Source: the human T2T-CHM13v2.0 reference genome, Homo sapiens. From it: DNA of 64,000 nt. This document shows, one piece after another, positions 34,300-52,037 of the stretch. Made by a program: the position numbers and the translations under genes. Position 1 is the first letter of the stretch, and every line of letters begins with the position of its first letter. The stretch is taken from NCBI RefSeq assembly GCF_009914755.1, contig NC_060936.1. One strand, given 5' to 3'. The notes under the pieces were generated by a model that saw only the letters and a list, made by a program, of their open reading frames with translations, made no database searches and was not told where the DNA came from.

Positions 34300-34769
34300 A
34301 GACATGTTTTTATACCCTATACTCTATCTAAACTGCAGAGCAACTTCTGTAGCAGGAAGCACTCTTGGAGTCTATGTGGTGGATCTATACCAAGGGATAT
34401 ATCGTTCGCTTGTAATGAGTTCTTGGGGTGTTTGGCTCTTATTTCTTTTCTCCTACTGAGAAGTTTGATAAACCAAGTTATTGATCATAGAAGCAGTCAT
34501 CCAAGATACGGCTGAAAGTAAAGCCTTGGGAGCCAGATGGCTTCCCGCTGATTTTTATATGCAGTTTATATTCTCCTTGGCTGTGTCTTCCTGGATGTTT
34601 CAATGAAAGATATTTTTTTCTGGAGAAATGTGCACGGTGGGATTTATCCTATTCAACAGATAGTTTTTGTGTGTGTCATGTCCCAAGCCCTATTTGGACA
34701 TTCAATTGTCCCTTCCTCTTGTCTCTACCCTCTTTAATAAATGAATAAAGATGCATTAAAATTAATGTA

Positions 34770-34990
34770 AAGTGCTTCGGATTAGAAGTCAAGTGACGTG
34801 GATTCTAATCCTTGTTCTGTGTACTAACAGTGATTTGGCATAAGTTTTGTAATCTCTCCAAGTATCTGTAATCTCACCTAGATGGAAGAAATTATTATCC
34901 CCACAAGTATCCACTCACCACCTCACATTGAGATAAGTATTTGCAAGGGTTTTAGTCGCTTACAAAGGCAGCATACAAGTGTTGAGCCTT
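34770..34990 (+). mobile_element. MIR (degenerate)
   Basis: ggattagaagtcaag...ggattctaatcc...gtgatttggcataag. Confidence 0.55.
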
Positions 34991-36504
34991 ATTATGGCCA
35001 AAATCACACACACACACCAGACATGCGCAAACATACACGTATCATATATGCACATACATACACATATTATACACGCACTTACGTGATGTTTATGAGTTTC
35101 CCTCTTGGTGTCCTAGGGTTACCAGACATAAAATCCCATCCTTTTACTTTTCTCCCTTGGCTAATAGTATACTTTTGATAAGGTCAAGTAAGTGTCATTT
35201 TATTTGCCAACATTGTGTTTCTAACAACTGTCCAGGGTTGTGTTGAAATAAATTTTCTCCACAAAATGTGTGTCTAATTAATGAAATGTCAACTTTATTT
35301 ATTTCTAGGTGGCAGTTTGGTTTTTTTCACCATTGCAAATGAGAAGAATTAAAATTTCCAGTTAAAATGGCAGTGAACTTTTATTTTTGTTAAAAACTTA
35401 AGGAAAGTGTTTGAGTCTGTTTTACTCACATTATTTCATTTGATCTTAGAAGAAGGGCTGAATCCCTACATGGTCTGTTTTGTTTGCTGTTTTCCGAATA
35501 AAATGCAATAAATATTTTCTCCATTTGAGATGATCAGATTATTTAAACTAAGAAGGAAATTTCTTTCCAAAACCTGGACAAATTATATAGCCATTCAACA
35601 CTTGCTTTATTCTATTGTGTTAACTCCCTAGCAAAGCAAAAAAAAAATGCCTTTTCAGAAGAGAAATTATCAGAGCTCAGAGTTCTAGGGATGGTCTTTG
35701 TCATTCCACCTCTATTCATATTTCATTTCCTAAATTAGACATTTGTCACAAACCCTAATGAAATATTAAGAGCTCTCAGACCCAGATGCAGAAGAAAGCA
35801 TAAAATGGTGGTTGCCACATCTTCTTTGTTACTACTGCTGGAGGAAGAAAATGCAATCTATTACTTAGATTATTTCTGTCCTCCCTTCTTCCAGGAGCTT
35901 ATGTGTACCCAGTAGATCATTAATTTTTTGTGTTAATTGATTCCATTACAATCTGTTGCTGAAATAAGCAAATCTTGGGAGATAAATAATATTTTGCTGT
36001 CAAAGCATGATGTAGGCTGACTTAAAAATAGAAAAAATGAAATAATATTCTGCTGAAAAGATAGTTTGTTTTCAGGGCATTAATTCAGGTATTTATTTTT
36101 TAGTTTTGATGCTGTGCTGTCAAAGTCACCTAAATAGAATTGGCAGTGATGAAACACTGGCCCGTCTTAGCCTCTTTCTAACATCAGTGACGCAAGATAC
36201 TGAGGGTCATAGCAGCAGGGGGATGTTTGCTTTGAAAATGTGCATCCACATTTTATTGTGTCTTATTTTTCAAACCCTACTTAGGAGTGATGAGTGCTTA
36301 TTACGGGATTTATCTTCCTAAGCCTTCTGAGTTGATTTTTTTTTTAAATAAAAGGAAAATTGAGATGGCTTGAAAAAGAAGCATTTCTTTCACACTGATA
36401 CGTTTCCACTCTCTTTTAAAAAGAGTGGGAATGGGAACACTCCCCAGAGTGACTCATGAGATACCATTGTGGGTGATTTTGGTAAACACTGATACATGGT
36501 AGCA

Positions 36505-36750
36505 AAGCAGCGCTCAGTGTGTACAGCAGGATGGAGTCGGACTACTCAGCTTGGAATCCTAGCTTTGCTTTCTCTGTATGACCTCGGACAAGGCACTTAA
36601 ACCCACTAACCCTGTTTCTTTTGCCATAAAAATGAGGATAATAATACTTTATACCCACCATATAGGATCATTTTGAGGCTTTAATGAGACAATACATCTA
36701 AAGCACTTAGAACAGTGTACTTCAAAGTAGACAAATAATGTAAGTAATTA
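36505..36750 (+). mobile_element. MIR
   Basis: gaatcctagctttgc...tgacctcggacaaggcacttaa...aaaatgaggataataatac...aaagcacttagaacagtg. Confidence 0.8.
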
Positions 36751-38569
36751 TTATTGCAATAACTATAGTTATTCCATAGTTATAAAATACTGTACTGCCG
36801 GTATATATCTTGTCAAAGAATTACCATGAGTTGGCAAAAAGAACGTATTGGAAAAAAGAGATTTCTAGTGTAAATGATAGCCTAAAGCTCTCTTGGGAAA
36901 TGTAAATTCAAATTTTCATTAGCAATAGTTGTGAGATCCTCTAAAGGAATTTCCTAGGAAAGGATGATAGAATTTATGTATGTAGGTATATGTGTATATA
37001 TGTTTTCACTAATACTTCAAAAATGCTCCTCCACTCAAGAGCTTGTTACCTTTTTTTCTTCATAATTATAAAACAGTAGGTTTTAATCTGGAACTTTGTT
37101 CTAGTCAGGGAAACCAGTGGACTTCTCAAGTGACAATCTGGCTTGCATGGTGACTGCTGAACCTCTGGATAATCTTTTTGTACCACTCCCTTTTTCTTCT
37201 AATTGTTTTCTTCTTGTGGAGACTTACGCCTTTTACTCTCCCAAGAGAGTATAACAAGATTTTCCATACGCATCTTGGAAACTACAAAAAGTGTTTTTCT
37301 CCTGGTTGTGGAACAGAAGAAGGTGGGAAACTTGAAGAAGCGGGCTTTGCCAGCCTCTGAAGCCCCCTGTTGTGCTGCTTTCTTAAGGAAAATAGGTCTG
37401 TGGTAAAGTCATAATTTGTTCCCTTCTTATTCTGAGCAAAAGTTTATTAGCTTGTGATTTAAGCAAACCATCTGGTCCTGCTGGCACTGCACACTGTCAG
37501 GCCCCGTGCTTTCTGCTTATTATGTTACTGAAGGCAGTTACATATTTGAGTCCCAGCTCTGGCCTGAGCTTTTCTGTGTTTTAAAACGTCTGCTTTTGAA
37601 AATTGTGCTGTGACCTGGAGTATATTTTTAAAGTGTGGATAAATTCTTCATTGTTTAGTATAGGATTTATCTCTTCTTTTCTTCTACTCATCGGTCTTTA
37701 CCCTCGTTTCTCTGGCTGTACCCAATACTGTACAACTGCTCAGTGGTAGGCATGAAATGGAACCAAGTGATTCTAGCTGGAAGTGTTCTCCTGGATTGTG
37801 GAAACATAGCAGAAAATGAAGTAATTAAATTTGACTTTGAAACTGTTTCCCTGGCTTAGAGCCAGAGAGCAAATCAGATGATTGATTGGAAATACCAGGA
37901 ATGTATGGTACCATTCTTGCCTTGAATACTAAAATGCTTTAGAACTTACTTGGATATATGTATAATCTGAGGCAGAAATACTTTGAGGGTCTCACACTCA
38001 AATGGATGGGAAAATTAAGCAATCTTTAAGAAAATGATTTTACTAACAGATAAAAATCTGAAAGGTAGAGATTTTTAAATTTTTTAACAATATGTAATAG
38101 TTGTACGTATTTATGGGGTACATGTGATATTTTGATATATGTGTACAATGTGTAATGATCAAATCTGGGTAACTGGGGTATCCATCACTTCTAACATCTA
38201 TTATTTCCTTGTGTTGCAACATTCCAAATCTTCTAGCTATTTTGAAATTCACAATAAATGATTTAACTATAGTCTCCCTACTGTGCTATTGAACACTACA
38301 ACTTACTCCTTCTATCTAACTGTATTTTTGTACCCATTAACCAACCTCCCTTCATCCCCCTCTCCCTCCTACCCTTCCCAGCCTCTGGTAACCACCATTC
38401 TGTTCACTATCTCCATGAAATCAAATTTCTTCTAGCTCCCACGTGTGAGTGAGAACAAGCAACATCTGTCTTTCCGTGCCTGGCTTGTTTCACTTAACAT
38501 AATGTTCTCCAGTTCCATTCATGTTGCTGCAAATGACAGGATTTCATTCTTTTTATGGCTGAATAGTAT

Positions 38570-38571
<2 letters not shown>

Positions 38572-38615
<44 letters not shown>
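38572..38615. repeat. (GT)22 microsatellite
   Basis: Direct count. Confidence 0.95.
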
Positions 38616-38620
<5 letters not shown>

Positions 38621-38987
38621 CATACCACATTTTATCCATTCATCCACTGATGGACACTTAGGTTGATTCCGTATTTTGGCTATTGTGAACAGTGCCACAG
38701 TAAACATGGGAGTGCAAATATCTATTTGATATACTGATTTCCTTTCTTTTGGATATATACCTAGTAGTGGGATTGCTGGATCATGAGAGAGTTCTATTTT
38801 TAGTTGTTTAAGGAAACACCATACTATTTTCCATAGTTGCTGTACTAATTTACATTCTCACTAACAGTGTATGAGTGCTCTCCCTTCTCTGCATCCTTGC
38901 CAGCATTTGTTATTTTCTGCTTTCTTGGTAATAGCCATTTTAACTGGGATGAGATAGTATCTCATTGTGGGGTTTTTTTAGGAGTGG

Positions 38988-39236
38988 TTTGAGGGAGAGA
39001 CAGTGTCTTGTTCTGTTACCCAGGCTGGAGCGCAGTGGTGTGATCATAGCTCACTGCAGCTGCAAACTCCTGGGCTCAAGCAACCCTCCAGAATGGCCGA
39101 GACTACAGGTGTGCACTATCGTGCCTGGCTAATTTTTTGTAGAGATGAAGTCTCACTCTGTGGCCTAGGCTGGCCTCAAACCCCTTCCTCCTGCCTTGGC
39201 CTCCTGGAATTACAGGCATGAGCCACCACTCCCAGC
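38988..39236 (-). mobile_element. AluJ (internally deleted)
   Basis: gatcatagctcactgcagc...aactcctgggctcaag. Confidence 0.85.
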
Positions 39237-39589
39237 TTCACTGTGGTTTTGGTTTGCGTTTCTTTGATGATTAGTGATGTCAAACATTTTTCATATAACT
39301 TTTGGCTTTATTTTTATGTCTTCTTTTGAGAAATGTCTATAGAGATCTTTTGCTCATATTTTAATCGAATTTTTTTTTGTTTGCTTTGGAAGTAAGAGTT
39401 TTGAATGAAGGGTAAAATGTGTCCTTAAACATGACAGACTTGATGCTGGGGAAGTAACTTTCACAGAAACAATTGAAGATAGTCAATAAAATTGCATTTA
39501 TATCTTGGCAAAAAGGTAAGAAATTCTCAGGTCAGGGGATGAACAGGTAGGGAATTCAAAAATAAGTACTTGATAATTATTGAACATTG

Positions 39590-41620
<2,031 letters not shown>

Positions 41621-41665
41621 ATCAGATATTGTATAACGAACAACCACAAAATATCAGTAGCATAT

Positions 41666-42195
41666 TGTGATGGTTAACTTTATATGTTGACTTGACTGGC
41701 TACGGGGTGCCCGGATACTTGCTCCGACAGTATTCTGGGTGTTTCTGTGAGGGTATTTGGGGATGAGACTAACATTTAAGTCAGCAAAATTGAGTATAGT
41801 GGATTGCCCTCCCTGATGTGGGTGGGCCTTATCCAGTCAGTTAAAGGCCTGAGTAGAACAAAACTCTGATCTTTCCCAAGTGAGAGAGAATTCCCTCTGC
41901 CTGACTGCCTTCGAACTGGGACATTAGCTTTTCCTTGCATTCATTCAGACTCAGACTGAAACCCTGGCTCTTCCTGGGTCTGGAGCCTGCTCGCCTTCAG
42001 ACTGGAGCTATACCATTGGCTCTCCTGGCTTTTCAAGCCTTTGGATTTGGGTTGGAACTATGCCACTGGCTTTCCTGGGTCTCCAGCTTGCCAGTTCACC
42101 CTATAGATCTTGTGATTCATGAGCCAGTTTCTTATAATAAGTCTTTATTTACACATATACACTCTGTTTCTCTGGAGAATTCTGACTAAGGTACA
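41666..42195 (+). mobile_element. ERVL LTR (MLT2 family)
   Basis: tgtgatggttaactttatatgttgacttgactgg...tgtttctctggagaattctgactaa. Confidence 0.85.
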
Positions 42196-42580
42196 GACAA
42201 TACCAAGCATTTATTTCTCGTTCACATACATGGAGGGTGAGCATGGTTGGCTCTGAGTTTTTTTGCAGAAATTGACAAGCTGATTCTCAAATTCACATGG
42301 AAATAAAAAGGAGCCAGAATAGCCAAAAACATCTTGAAAAAGACAACAGCTCAGATTTTCATAGAGATTATGTTGAACCTGTAGATCAGTATAGATTATG
42401 GTTCTTATCCATTACTGATTTTATGTTATAAAAACATAGCTTGGTGTATTATTTGTACCCAGTTTTAGATAAAATTTTACATGAATTAAACTGATAAAAT
42501 GGAATCAATGGTATATGTTCATGTAAAGCTTGCAGATATGCAAATACATATCCCAGTATATTACATAGCAATATATTCTC

Positions 42581-42722
42581 TTTTTTGTTTGTTTGTTTGT
42601 TTAGTAGAGACAGGGTTTTGCCATGTTGGCCAGGCTAGTCTCGAACTCCTGACCTCAGGTGATCCACCGGCCTTGGCCTCCCAAAGTGCTGAGATTACAG
42701 GCACGAGCCACAGCGCCCGGCC
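42581..42722 (-). mobile_element. AluS left monomer only, flanked by TSD
   Basis: TSD caatatattct on both sides. Confidence 0.88.
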
Positions 42723-43390
42723 GTAACAATATATTCTTATGGCAACTGGGACTGTGAGGATGCTGTTAGCTGAAGACATTTAACTTGCTCACTTCTGGAA
42801 GGATAAAAAAATTCAGGTGCCAAAAAAACTAAATGCATTTGCTTACTATCATTGTTTAACAGCTGTTACCAATCAACGTGGAAACTTTGTTTAGGTAGGA
42901 AGCACTAATTTCCAAGGGTCAGTGAAACAACTTTGATTTGTCATGCTGATTTTTGACTCTAGGTTTCTCTGTTTTAGTATCACACAAATGGGGTTTATGT
43001 AGGAGTCAATGAATGGCAAATGCCCCACCTCTACCTGCCCTACCTTCTACTTCTGAAAAGACTGGTTATTACCAAGATTATTTCTTGGCAATTAACAACC
43101 TAACATAAAGTCTTGTAATTGATGCAGTTGGCTGTTTGATTACATTTGCTTCTGAATTAAAATGAACAAGTTTATTTAAATAATTCTGATTTGGTAGCCA
43201 CCTGGAATAAGTGGAAATTACTGATAAAGTACTTACCTTGCTCTCTTAGTTTCTTTTCCTTATGTTTTAGCATTTTGTCTGTCTTCTCTGGTGGCTTTTT
43301 GTTTGTTGTTTTTCAGGTCTGTTGCTGTCAAGGCTTTTTTTTTTTCCCCATGTCATTTTTAAAGCATTCTGTCTCCTTTCTATCTGGTAT

Positions 43391-43392
<2 letters not shown>

Positions 43393-43436
<44 letters not shown>
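43393..43436. repeat. (AC)22 microsatellite
   Basis: Direct count. Confidence 0.95.
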
Positions 43437-43439
<3 letters not shown>

Positions 43440-43441
43440 AC

Positions 43442-43591
43442 TATATAGGTATATAGGGATATATTTCCTTCCTGCCTATATAATATATAGTATATATATA
43501 ATATATATATATACACTGCCTATGTAGTATATAGGTATATATATGCCTGTATAGTTATATAGGTATATAGGGTTATATTTCCTTCCTGCCT
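43442..43591. repeat. TA-rich complex with a 36-bp direct duplication (43442-43477 / 43556-43591)
   Basis: tatataggtatataggg(a/t)tatatttccttcctgcct twice, 35/36 identical. Confidence 0.88.
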
Positions 43592-44157
43592 TCCTTAAAA
43601 AAGAAACCCTACCTACCTGGATTTAGAGCAAGAAATTGTCTGATTGAATTCTAGCAGTTTCTTTAAAAAGAAATTCTTCTTAATGATGTAAATAGGAAAA
43701 TTTTAGTTTAGAGGACTAAAAATTATTCGTCTATGTATACAGGAAATCTGTTATTTGCCAAGTTTATGTCTTTTATTTCCTAAAATCGTTCTGTATATTT
43801 TTTTATATTTGTATTGTATTATTTCCATGGAAATTTCTGGGTCATTTCCAAAGAACTTCCTTAAAAGGTATTGTCTGTGGCAGCGTGCGACTTCTTAAAC
43901 TGATAACTTGTATGCCCTTGCATGTATTAAGTTCTTTCTGACCTAAGCTGAAAAGAATTATACTGTAGGGATGTTATTATCTGCTATATTGATTCTTGAT
44001 ATATACACACACATAACTGATCCAGAAAGAGTACAGAATTTTCAATGTGTTCCTGCGTCTCTTCAATTTTCTGGACCCAGGAGTTGCGTGTTACCCAGGT
44101 CCTCTGACTCTGATTGATCAAGACACTCTGTTGTTCTCTTTCCCATATTTATGATAG

Positions 44158-44318
44158 GTGGAGGAGTTACTGATGGCCATGGAGAAGGTAAAGCAGGAAC
44201 TAGAATCCATGAAAGCAAAGCTGTCCTCCACCCAGCAGTCTCTGGCAGAAAAGGAAACTCACTTGACTAATCTTCGGGCAGAGAGAAGGAAACACTTAGA
44301 GGAAGTTCTGGAGATGAA
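44158..44318 (+). CDS. ERC1: Next coding exon of ERC1, 161 nt, phase 0/2: VEELLMAMEKVKQELESMKAKLSSTQQSLAEKETHLTNLRAERRKHLEEVLEM(K)
   Basis: Acceptor ttgttctctttcccatatttatgatAG|GTG and consensus donor AA|GTAAGT; open frame; peptide recognised as ERC1 (paralogous to ERC2 ...STQQSLAEKEAHL...). Confidence 0.96.
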
Positions 44319-44664
44319 GTAAGTGTTTGTAGTCTTATTCTTCAAGCATATGCTTAGTGGAAATACTTTTTCTCCCTGCATTCATCTTCTGGCTCTGTGT
44401 TTTACCCCAATACACTTACTTAATTTTAGTGCTAACTTGTATTTCTCACTCTCTAGAATAAATTTGGTCAAAGGTGGAACAAATCCTGATCAAATAGAAA
44501 TATTTTTGGTTCCTCTTTAATGATTTTTAAATCCTCTGGCTTATACATATCTGTGTGTAATTACCTCTCTGAAATTCCTAAAATCTTCTGGAAAGTTCAG
44601 GCAAAATGGCGAGCTTACTGGGGAAGAGGGCTGTTGGTTCTGAGGTTGTATGAAGACTAGGCAA

Positions 44665-44772
44665 TTTTTAAACACATTTTTTATTGTAAACATTTCCAAA
44701 GGTACACACAGGTAGAGAGAATGAACCCCCATATACCTGTCTCCAAGATTCAGTAGTTACCATTTTGCCACA
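44665..44772 (-). mobile_element. L1ME 3' end fragment
   Basis: tttttattgtaaacatttccaaa...aatgaacccccatatacc...ttaccattttgcca. Confidence 0.6.
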
Positions 44773-46979
44773 CTGGAAGCCAATTTTTAGAAAATTGTCA
44801 CTTTTAGCAGAGCTTTGCTATACACATTTTCCTGCTTCCCCCACATTTTGTAGGTTGCTGAGACCATAATCTGTTGTGAAGCATGTATACATCTGCTAAT
44901 ACATAGTAGATGTTTCTTTTACTTCTCAGTGACCTTCTGTTTAAAACAAACATGTGTCTTTTGAAAATCCAGTTGTACCCTCTCATTTACCATTCCTAAT
45001 CCTTCCCCTTACCTAAAGACCCTACTGCTATTTTACTGAAACCAGGTCTATCCTGGGATCCCTCAGTTACCCTCAGTTACCCTCGTTCTGTGAGCAGTTA
45101 TCTTTATTTTTGTTGTCTTCTTTTCTGTCTCAGAGAATAGGTTTTTTTCTCCTTCATAAGGCCAGATTCTTCTTTCTGTCACAGATTTCAAGTCCCCGCC
45201 TCAGCAGCCTTTCACTGTCAGTTCTTTCTCACGTGACCCTTGCTCACTTCTTCTCTGCATAAATGCACAGTCTGTCTTTGGCCTAAAATAAAATTTTTTC
45301 ACTCCAACTAGTGCTTTAAACTGACATCAGTTTACTTTTCTGCTACTTTGAACTATCAGTAAACTTTGAATACCTGAATAATAGAGCTGTACAGAATCTT
45401 GCCATAATACCTTAGCATGAATTCTCATGGGACATGATGATTGTGATATTGTGACTGCAACCCAAGAATGTTGAGGTGTCCTCTGTGCTTTCACGTTCTT
45501 GGGCTATAGTGCAAGGCTACGAGATTCTGTCCTTTTAGAAAAGCATTATGAGTGATATGTCTTGGAAGTAATGTGTAAGTGAAGCCGGAAGTGGATTGGC
45601 ATAGGGGGAGAATTAAGAGAGGTTAGAGTTCCGAGTAGCATCATCAGAAAAAAGCTTGCAGGTTTAAGTAGAGAAAGGAAAGTCCTCCCTGTGACTGTTG
45701 GCAATGACACTAGATTCTTCACTCTGTAGTCACTGCAGGACCCACCATATTTTAAAGGTTTAAATTATTCAATTATTGATCATTGAACAAGTGAAAAGAT
45801 TTAGTCTACCTAGAGAACTTGAGAGGCAGAAATATGAGGGGAATGAAGTGTGCAGGGAGACTGAAACATGCGTATGTGTGACTCTGGAGCTAGAATAAGA
45901 CAGAGTCTTCCCTCAGGAAAAGGTAGTTGGCCCATTTGCATAGAAAATTCTTCAGCAAAGCACTAGAATAGCTTTGTTTTCTGGAATAATCCTGACTTCA
46001 TCAAGCCAAGAGAAATGATTTAATAGCTATTTTCCATTCCTAGCATATATTAATGTAATTTTTGAGCGTCTGTTACAGATAAATGGTGACCGTAAGTTTG
46101 GGGAGACGTAAAACGGTTCACTTGGTAGCCTGCCAGTGGTGCATTGGAAACATTTGCGTTGGTTATAGCCAGCCCTGGAGAGGAGGAACGTTTTAATTGG
46201 CAGATCCCACAATGGGTCTTCTCTTCCTTATGCTGTGGTTTTGTTAACCATTACTTTTTTATTCCACTTTTATGTTAGCGTTTTTCCCTTAAGAAAGAAA
46301 GGATAAAAGGGAGCAGGGGAAAAATAATAAAATAACAACTGTAATAACTGTAATAAATTTTAAGTATCAGTTGAGGTCATGAGGTTCACTGTTAAGAATT
46401 CTAGATGAACTAGTTCATTCGACACTGCCCTGCATTCAAACTCCTCCTGCAGGCCCACCCTACATTAGCATTCAGAATAAATTTTACAAGTCCATTTTTT
46501 ATTTTTAATAAAATTTTTATTAAGCTGTGAATTTGACTGCCCTGACAACTGGTTTGTTCAGGGAAGGGGTGGCAGAGCTCTTTGGTTTCATTGAGAGTTT
46601 AGAGCTATTCAATAGGTAGCCTCCTATATGCAGGCAGTTAGTTGTAAGTCATTCAAAGAATGAAACCAACGAGTAGAAGTTAAATCACTATACTCATTGG
46701 GAGCTTAAAAAATAAATAAATATGATTTAAAAGATGATGTCAACACAGGTGAAAAAGGAAAAATATTAGAATCTCCTGAACTGACTAGACAGACATGTTT
46801 AGAAGACTGGTCTTCTCTGGAAACAAGTAAAGCTGGCAGAGAAATCCAAATATCTCTGTGTTAAATTATATACTCATGAGATGCTTTCTGGCCAAAAAAA
46901 GGTCTCCCACAAACAGAGAATAAATTTTCATATGTACCTAAGAAGAGTCCAGTACTAAATTCTGACATTTAAAAAATTA

Positions 46980-47952
<973 letters not shown>

Positions 47953-50445
47953 TTGTGGGGTTGTTCACATTCTAAAAAAATCTCATTAGGGATTTATGAC
48001 ATGGTGTTCCAAATTAACCACAAAATTGTAAATAGTTAACCAAATTATATCCTAGTAACAATTTAGGGGGGAAAATAAAAATGAAAATGCATTCTGAGTT
48101 ACATAAGAGCATGTTTACTCTTCACAAAGCCATATTTATTTATACTTCCACCAAAAGCCATTTTTTTTAAGTCTGTAGACATATGATAAAGGACTTTTAG
48201 TGGACTTGGAAGCATTTTTCACAATGGGCTAGAATACTGAGGTTGAATGTTATGTAGGAAACCCACATAATATAAAATTATTTTACACTTGAAAAAGAAA
48301 ACAATATGTTGTACAGTATATCTATAAACAAATAGCATTGGTGGGTCTGGGACTAGTTAAAATTATGAAGCAAAGTTTATATCTACAATCAACTATCCCT
48401 TGGGACTCCTCCTCAGTTTTGCTTAACTCTCTCATTCTGCTTCCCTTTTTTCTGCCCTGATATTCAGTGCTTTTATACGGCCCACCCTATAGACATTTCT
48501 TTACTTTCTTGTGACATGAATTGGAATAAATTACAAATAACCCTAAATGTTCTTTGCCTTTCTCCTTCTTTAAATTTTAAGCTTATTCCACATTTTAGCT
48601 TTTTAAGATCAGACATAACTTCCAAATAGAAGAAACCATGTTTAAAAAAAAATCCATGCTTTTTAATCATTTTCTTATGTAAAAAGCCTCAAGTGGCTGG
48701 AATAAGGTCTAAGTAACAAATAAAGAACTAAACTTTTCAGATAAAGGCTCCGAAAGTCCCTCTTGTTTTCAGCTTTCAAAATTCTTTCTCTCTCTCTATC
48801 AATATATGGTTCACGTGTAAAAATGTGCTTACCTGTGTAGGGATGAAATTAAGACTGTCTGTCATCTACTCCTCACAAAAGGAAGGAAGTGAGATTATTG
48901 TCCTACTTTTTCCTTATCTTTTCTTTTTTTCTCTGTTGGAGGTATAGGATCAACCCTCATCCCTTTTGTTAAATATAAATGAATCATTTAAAAGGTTAAT
49001 TATTGTAGGTAGGTAACCTGATGCGTTAACCTAATTGCAATACCCAGTTGAAGAAAATCTGATATATAATTTACCAGTATGGCAGGTTTTTTTGGTTTTG
49101 TTTGGATTTTTGATGTTTTTTGTTTTTTAATTTTCCTTTCAGGACCATCTTTTTCATTGTTCTCCAGAGTGTACCTTATAGGTAGCTACTCACTCTCCAA
49201 ATAGGTAAAACTCCCCTCAAGCTATGGATGTCAAAGATAGTAATCTATCCATTTAATCATAAGCTTTTCTTCCAGAAGTTACTGAATGAAAGAGGATTAG
49301 AAGATGGTCTGTGTAGCAAAGGATTTGCTTACATTTTGGGCCAGTTTGCTTACCCGTGAAGCAGGCATAGTAAGACTTAGACCCACCTCATGAAGTTGTT
49401 GTACGGATCAAATGAGATTTTAAAAAAGCACGTTGAAGTTGGTAAAGCTGAATGTGCTTGCAAAGCATGACATTTACAACTGAAAATCCAATTTGTGCTT
49501 TTGTGTTCGTACCTGGAGAAATCACTTAGCTTTTCAGGTCTGCAGTTTTCTCACTCAGATTCGAAAGGTCCCCCATCGATTTAAAAATTGTGGACTTTGG
49601 CCAGATGACCTCCTGAGGTCCCCTGATTCTGTAGTTGTAAATGTCCTGTGTAAATCAGGGAAGTAATTCATATACAAGCACAGTATACTGAGGAGAAGTT
49701 GGAAGCCAGGTATCATGATTCCTGGCTGAGGACTAGGCTACGTGTTCACTGAATGAGACTGCCCAAGGCTTACCAGAGATTAGATGCTACAGAATGAGAG
49801 TGGAATTGTAATATTAGAGATAGAGCCGTGGGGAATCTGGAGTTCCAACCCAGTCAACATGGAGAAATCCTTGTTAACTTCAGTTATCTAGCTGAGATAA
49901 CACAAAAGATAGGTTTGAGGAACAAGGACCATGCTCTAATATAAGGCCTACTCTAGACCCAGGCTAAGACTAGTAAAAGAAGGCCCCAATTAATTCTTAC
50001 AGGGTAGACCAAATTTGGACAATGAGTCTCACCGAGATAGAGAAGCCTGGGAAATATCCTGAGCTTTCAGCAGATCAGCATACCAAAGGTTAAATCCAAA
50101 CCTATACAAGTTCAAGGAGTCAACTATTAACTGACTTATATGTACTAGAATAAAAATCACTGCTCCTCAGAAGAAATTAACAGAACCATATTTGCAATAT
50201 ATCCCATGTTGAACTTTTAATTACCAGACATGCAAAGAATCAGGAACATATGATCTATAGAGCAGAAAAGAGCATGCAGTAGAAATCACCTCTGAGGAGT
50301 CCTATTTGGTTTAACAGAAAAAAAAAAAAAAAACAACTAAATTCACCCTTATACATTAAAGAATTAAAGAAAAATGTCATGTTGATGATGGAATAGATAG
50401 GAAATCTCAACAGAGAAAGGAAAAGTATTTTAAAATGGAAATTTG

Positions 50446-51007
<562 letters not shown>

Positions 51008-51727
51008 TATTGGATAGTCTTAATGGAAAATTAGAGCTGTCAAAAGAAAGAGTCAGTGAACTTCAAAATAGATCAATTGAAATTATTCAATCTGTAGAAC
51101 AGGGAGTGAAAGGATTTTTACCGAATGAACAGAGCCTCAGTGACATGTAGGACAATTTCAAATGGGTTAACATACATGTGGAACACTAGAAGGATAAAAG
51201 AGTGAGAATGAAGCAGATGAAAGACAGTTTTTAAAAATGGCCAACATATTTCTATAATTTAATTTGAAACCATGAATCTTTGATTTACAAATCCCAGAAA
51301 CTAAGTGAAACCAAGCAGGATAAATACAAAAAATAAAAAAATCACAACTAGAAATACCATAGTCCAGTTGCTGGAAACAAAATATGCAGAGAAAAATAAA
51401 AGCAGCCTAAGAAAAAAGGCACAGTGCATAAAGGGAAACTATGATAGCTGAGTCCTTATCAGAAACAGTGAGGACCTGAAGACAATGGAACTTCTTTCAG
51501 GGTACTAAAAAAAAAAAAAAAAATTAGCCTAAAATTCTGTAAGCAAAGAAAAAGATCCTTTAAAAACTAGGATTAAATAAAGACAATTTCATATAAACAA
51601 ATATGAAAAGAATTCATCTCTAGAAAGCACTCTAGAAGAAATGCTAATGAGTGTTCTTCAAGCTGAAGGGAAATGAATCCAGATGGGAGCATGAATCTAC
51701 AGGAAGGAATGAAGAACACCAGACATG

Positions 51728-52037
51728 GGCCGGGCACTGTGGCTCATGCCTGTAATCTCAACGCTTTGAGAGGCCAAGGTGGGAGGATCACTTGAGTCCA
51801 GGAGTCTGAGACCAGCCTAGACAACATGACGAAACCCTGTTTCTACAAAAAAAAAAAAAAAAAAAAAATTAGCTGAGGATGGTGGCTCATACTCTTGTTC
51901 CAATTACTTGGGAGGCTGAGACTGAGGATTCCTGGGCCCAGGACACGGAGGCTGTAGTAAGCCAAGATCACACCACTGCACTCCAGCCTGGGTGATAGAG
52001 TGAGACTCTGTCCCCCTGCCAAAAAAAAAAAAAAAAA
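51728..52037 (+). mobile_element. AluJ
   Basis: TSD cagacatgg; expanded A linker. Confidence 0.88.

Larger units (their letters stand above)
38070..39380 (-). mobile_element. L1MA 3' portion containing (GT)22 and an AluJ
   Basis: ORF 38519-38707 (MFTVALFTIAKIRNQPKCPSVDEWIK) is L1 ORF2; L1MA-type 3' UTR. Confidence 0.88.

Noticed and set aside
44188-44193. Internal donor-like AAG|GTAAAG inside the second exon
   Set aside because: Outcompeted by the consensus GTAAGT at 44319 and dictated by the EKVK coding sequence
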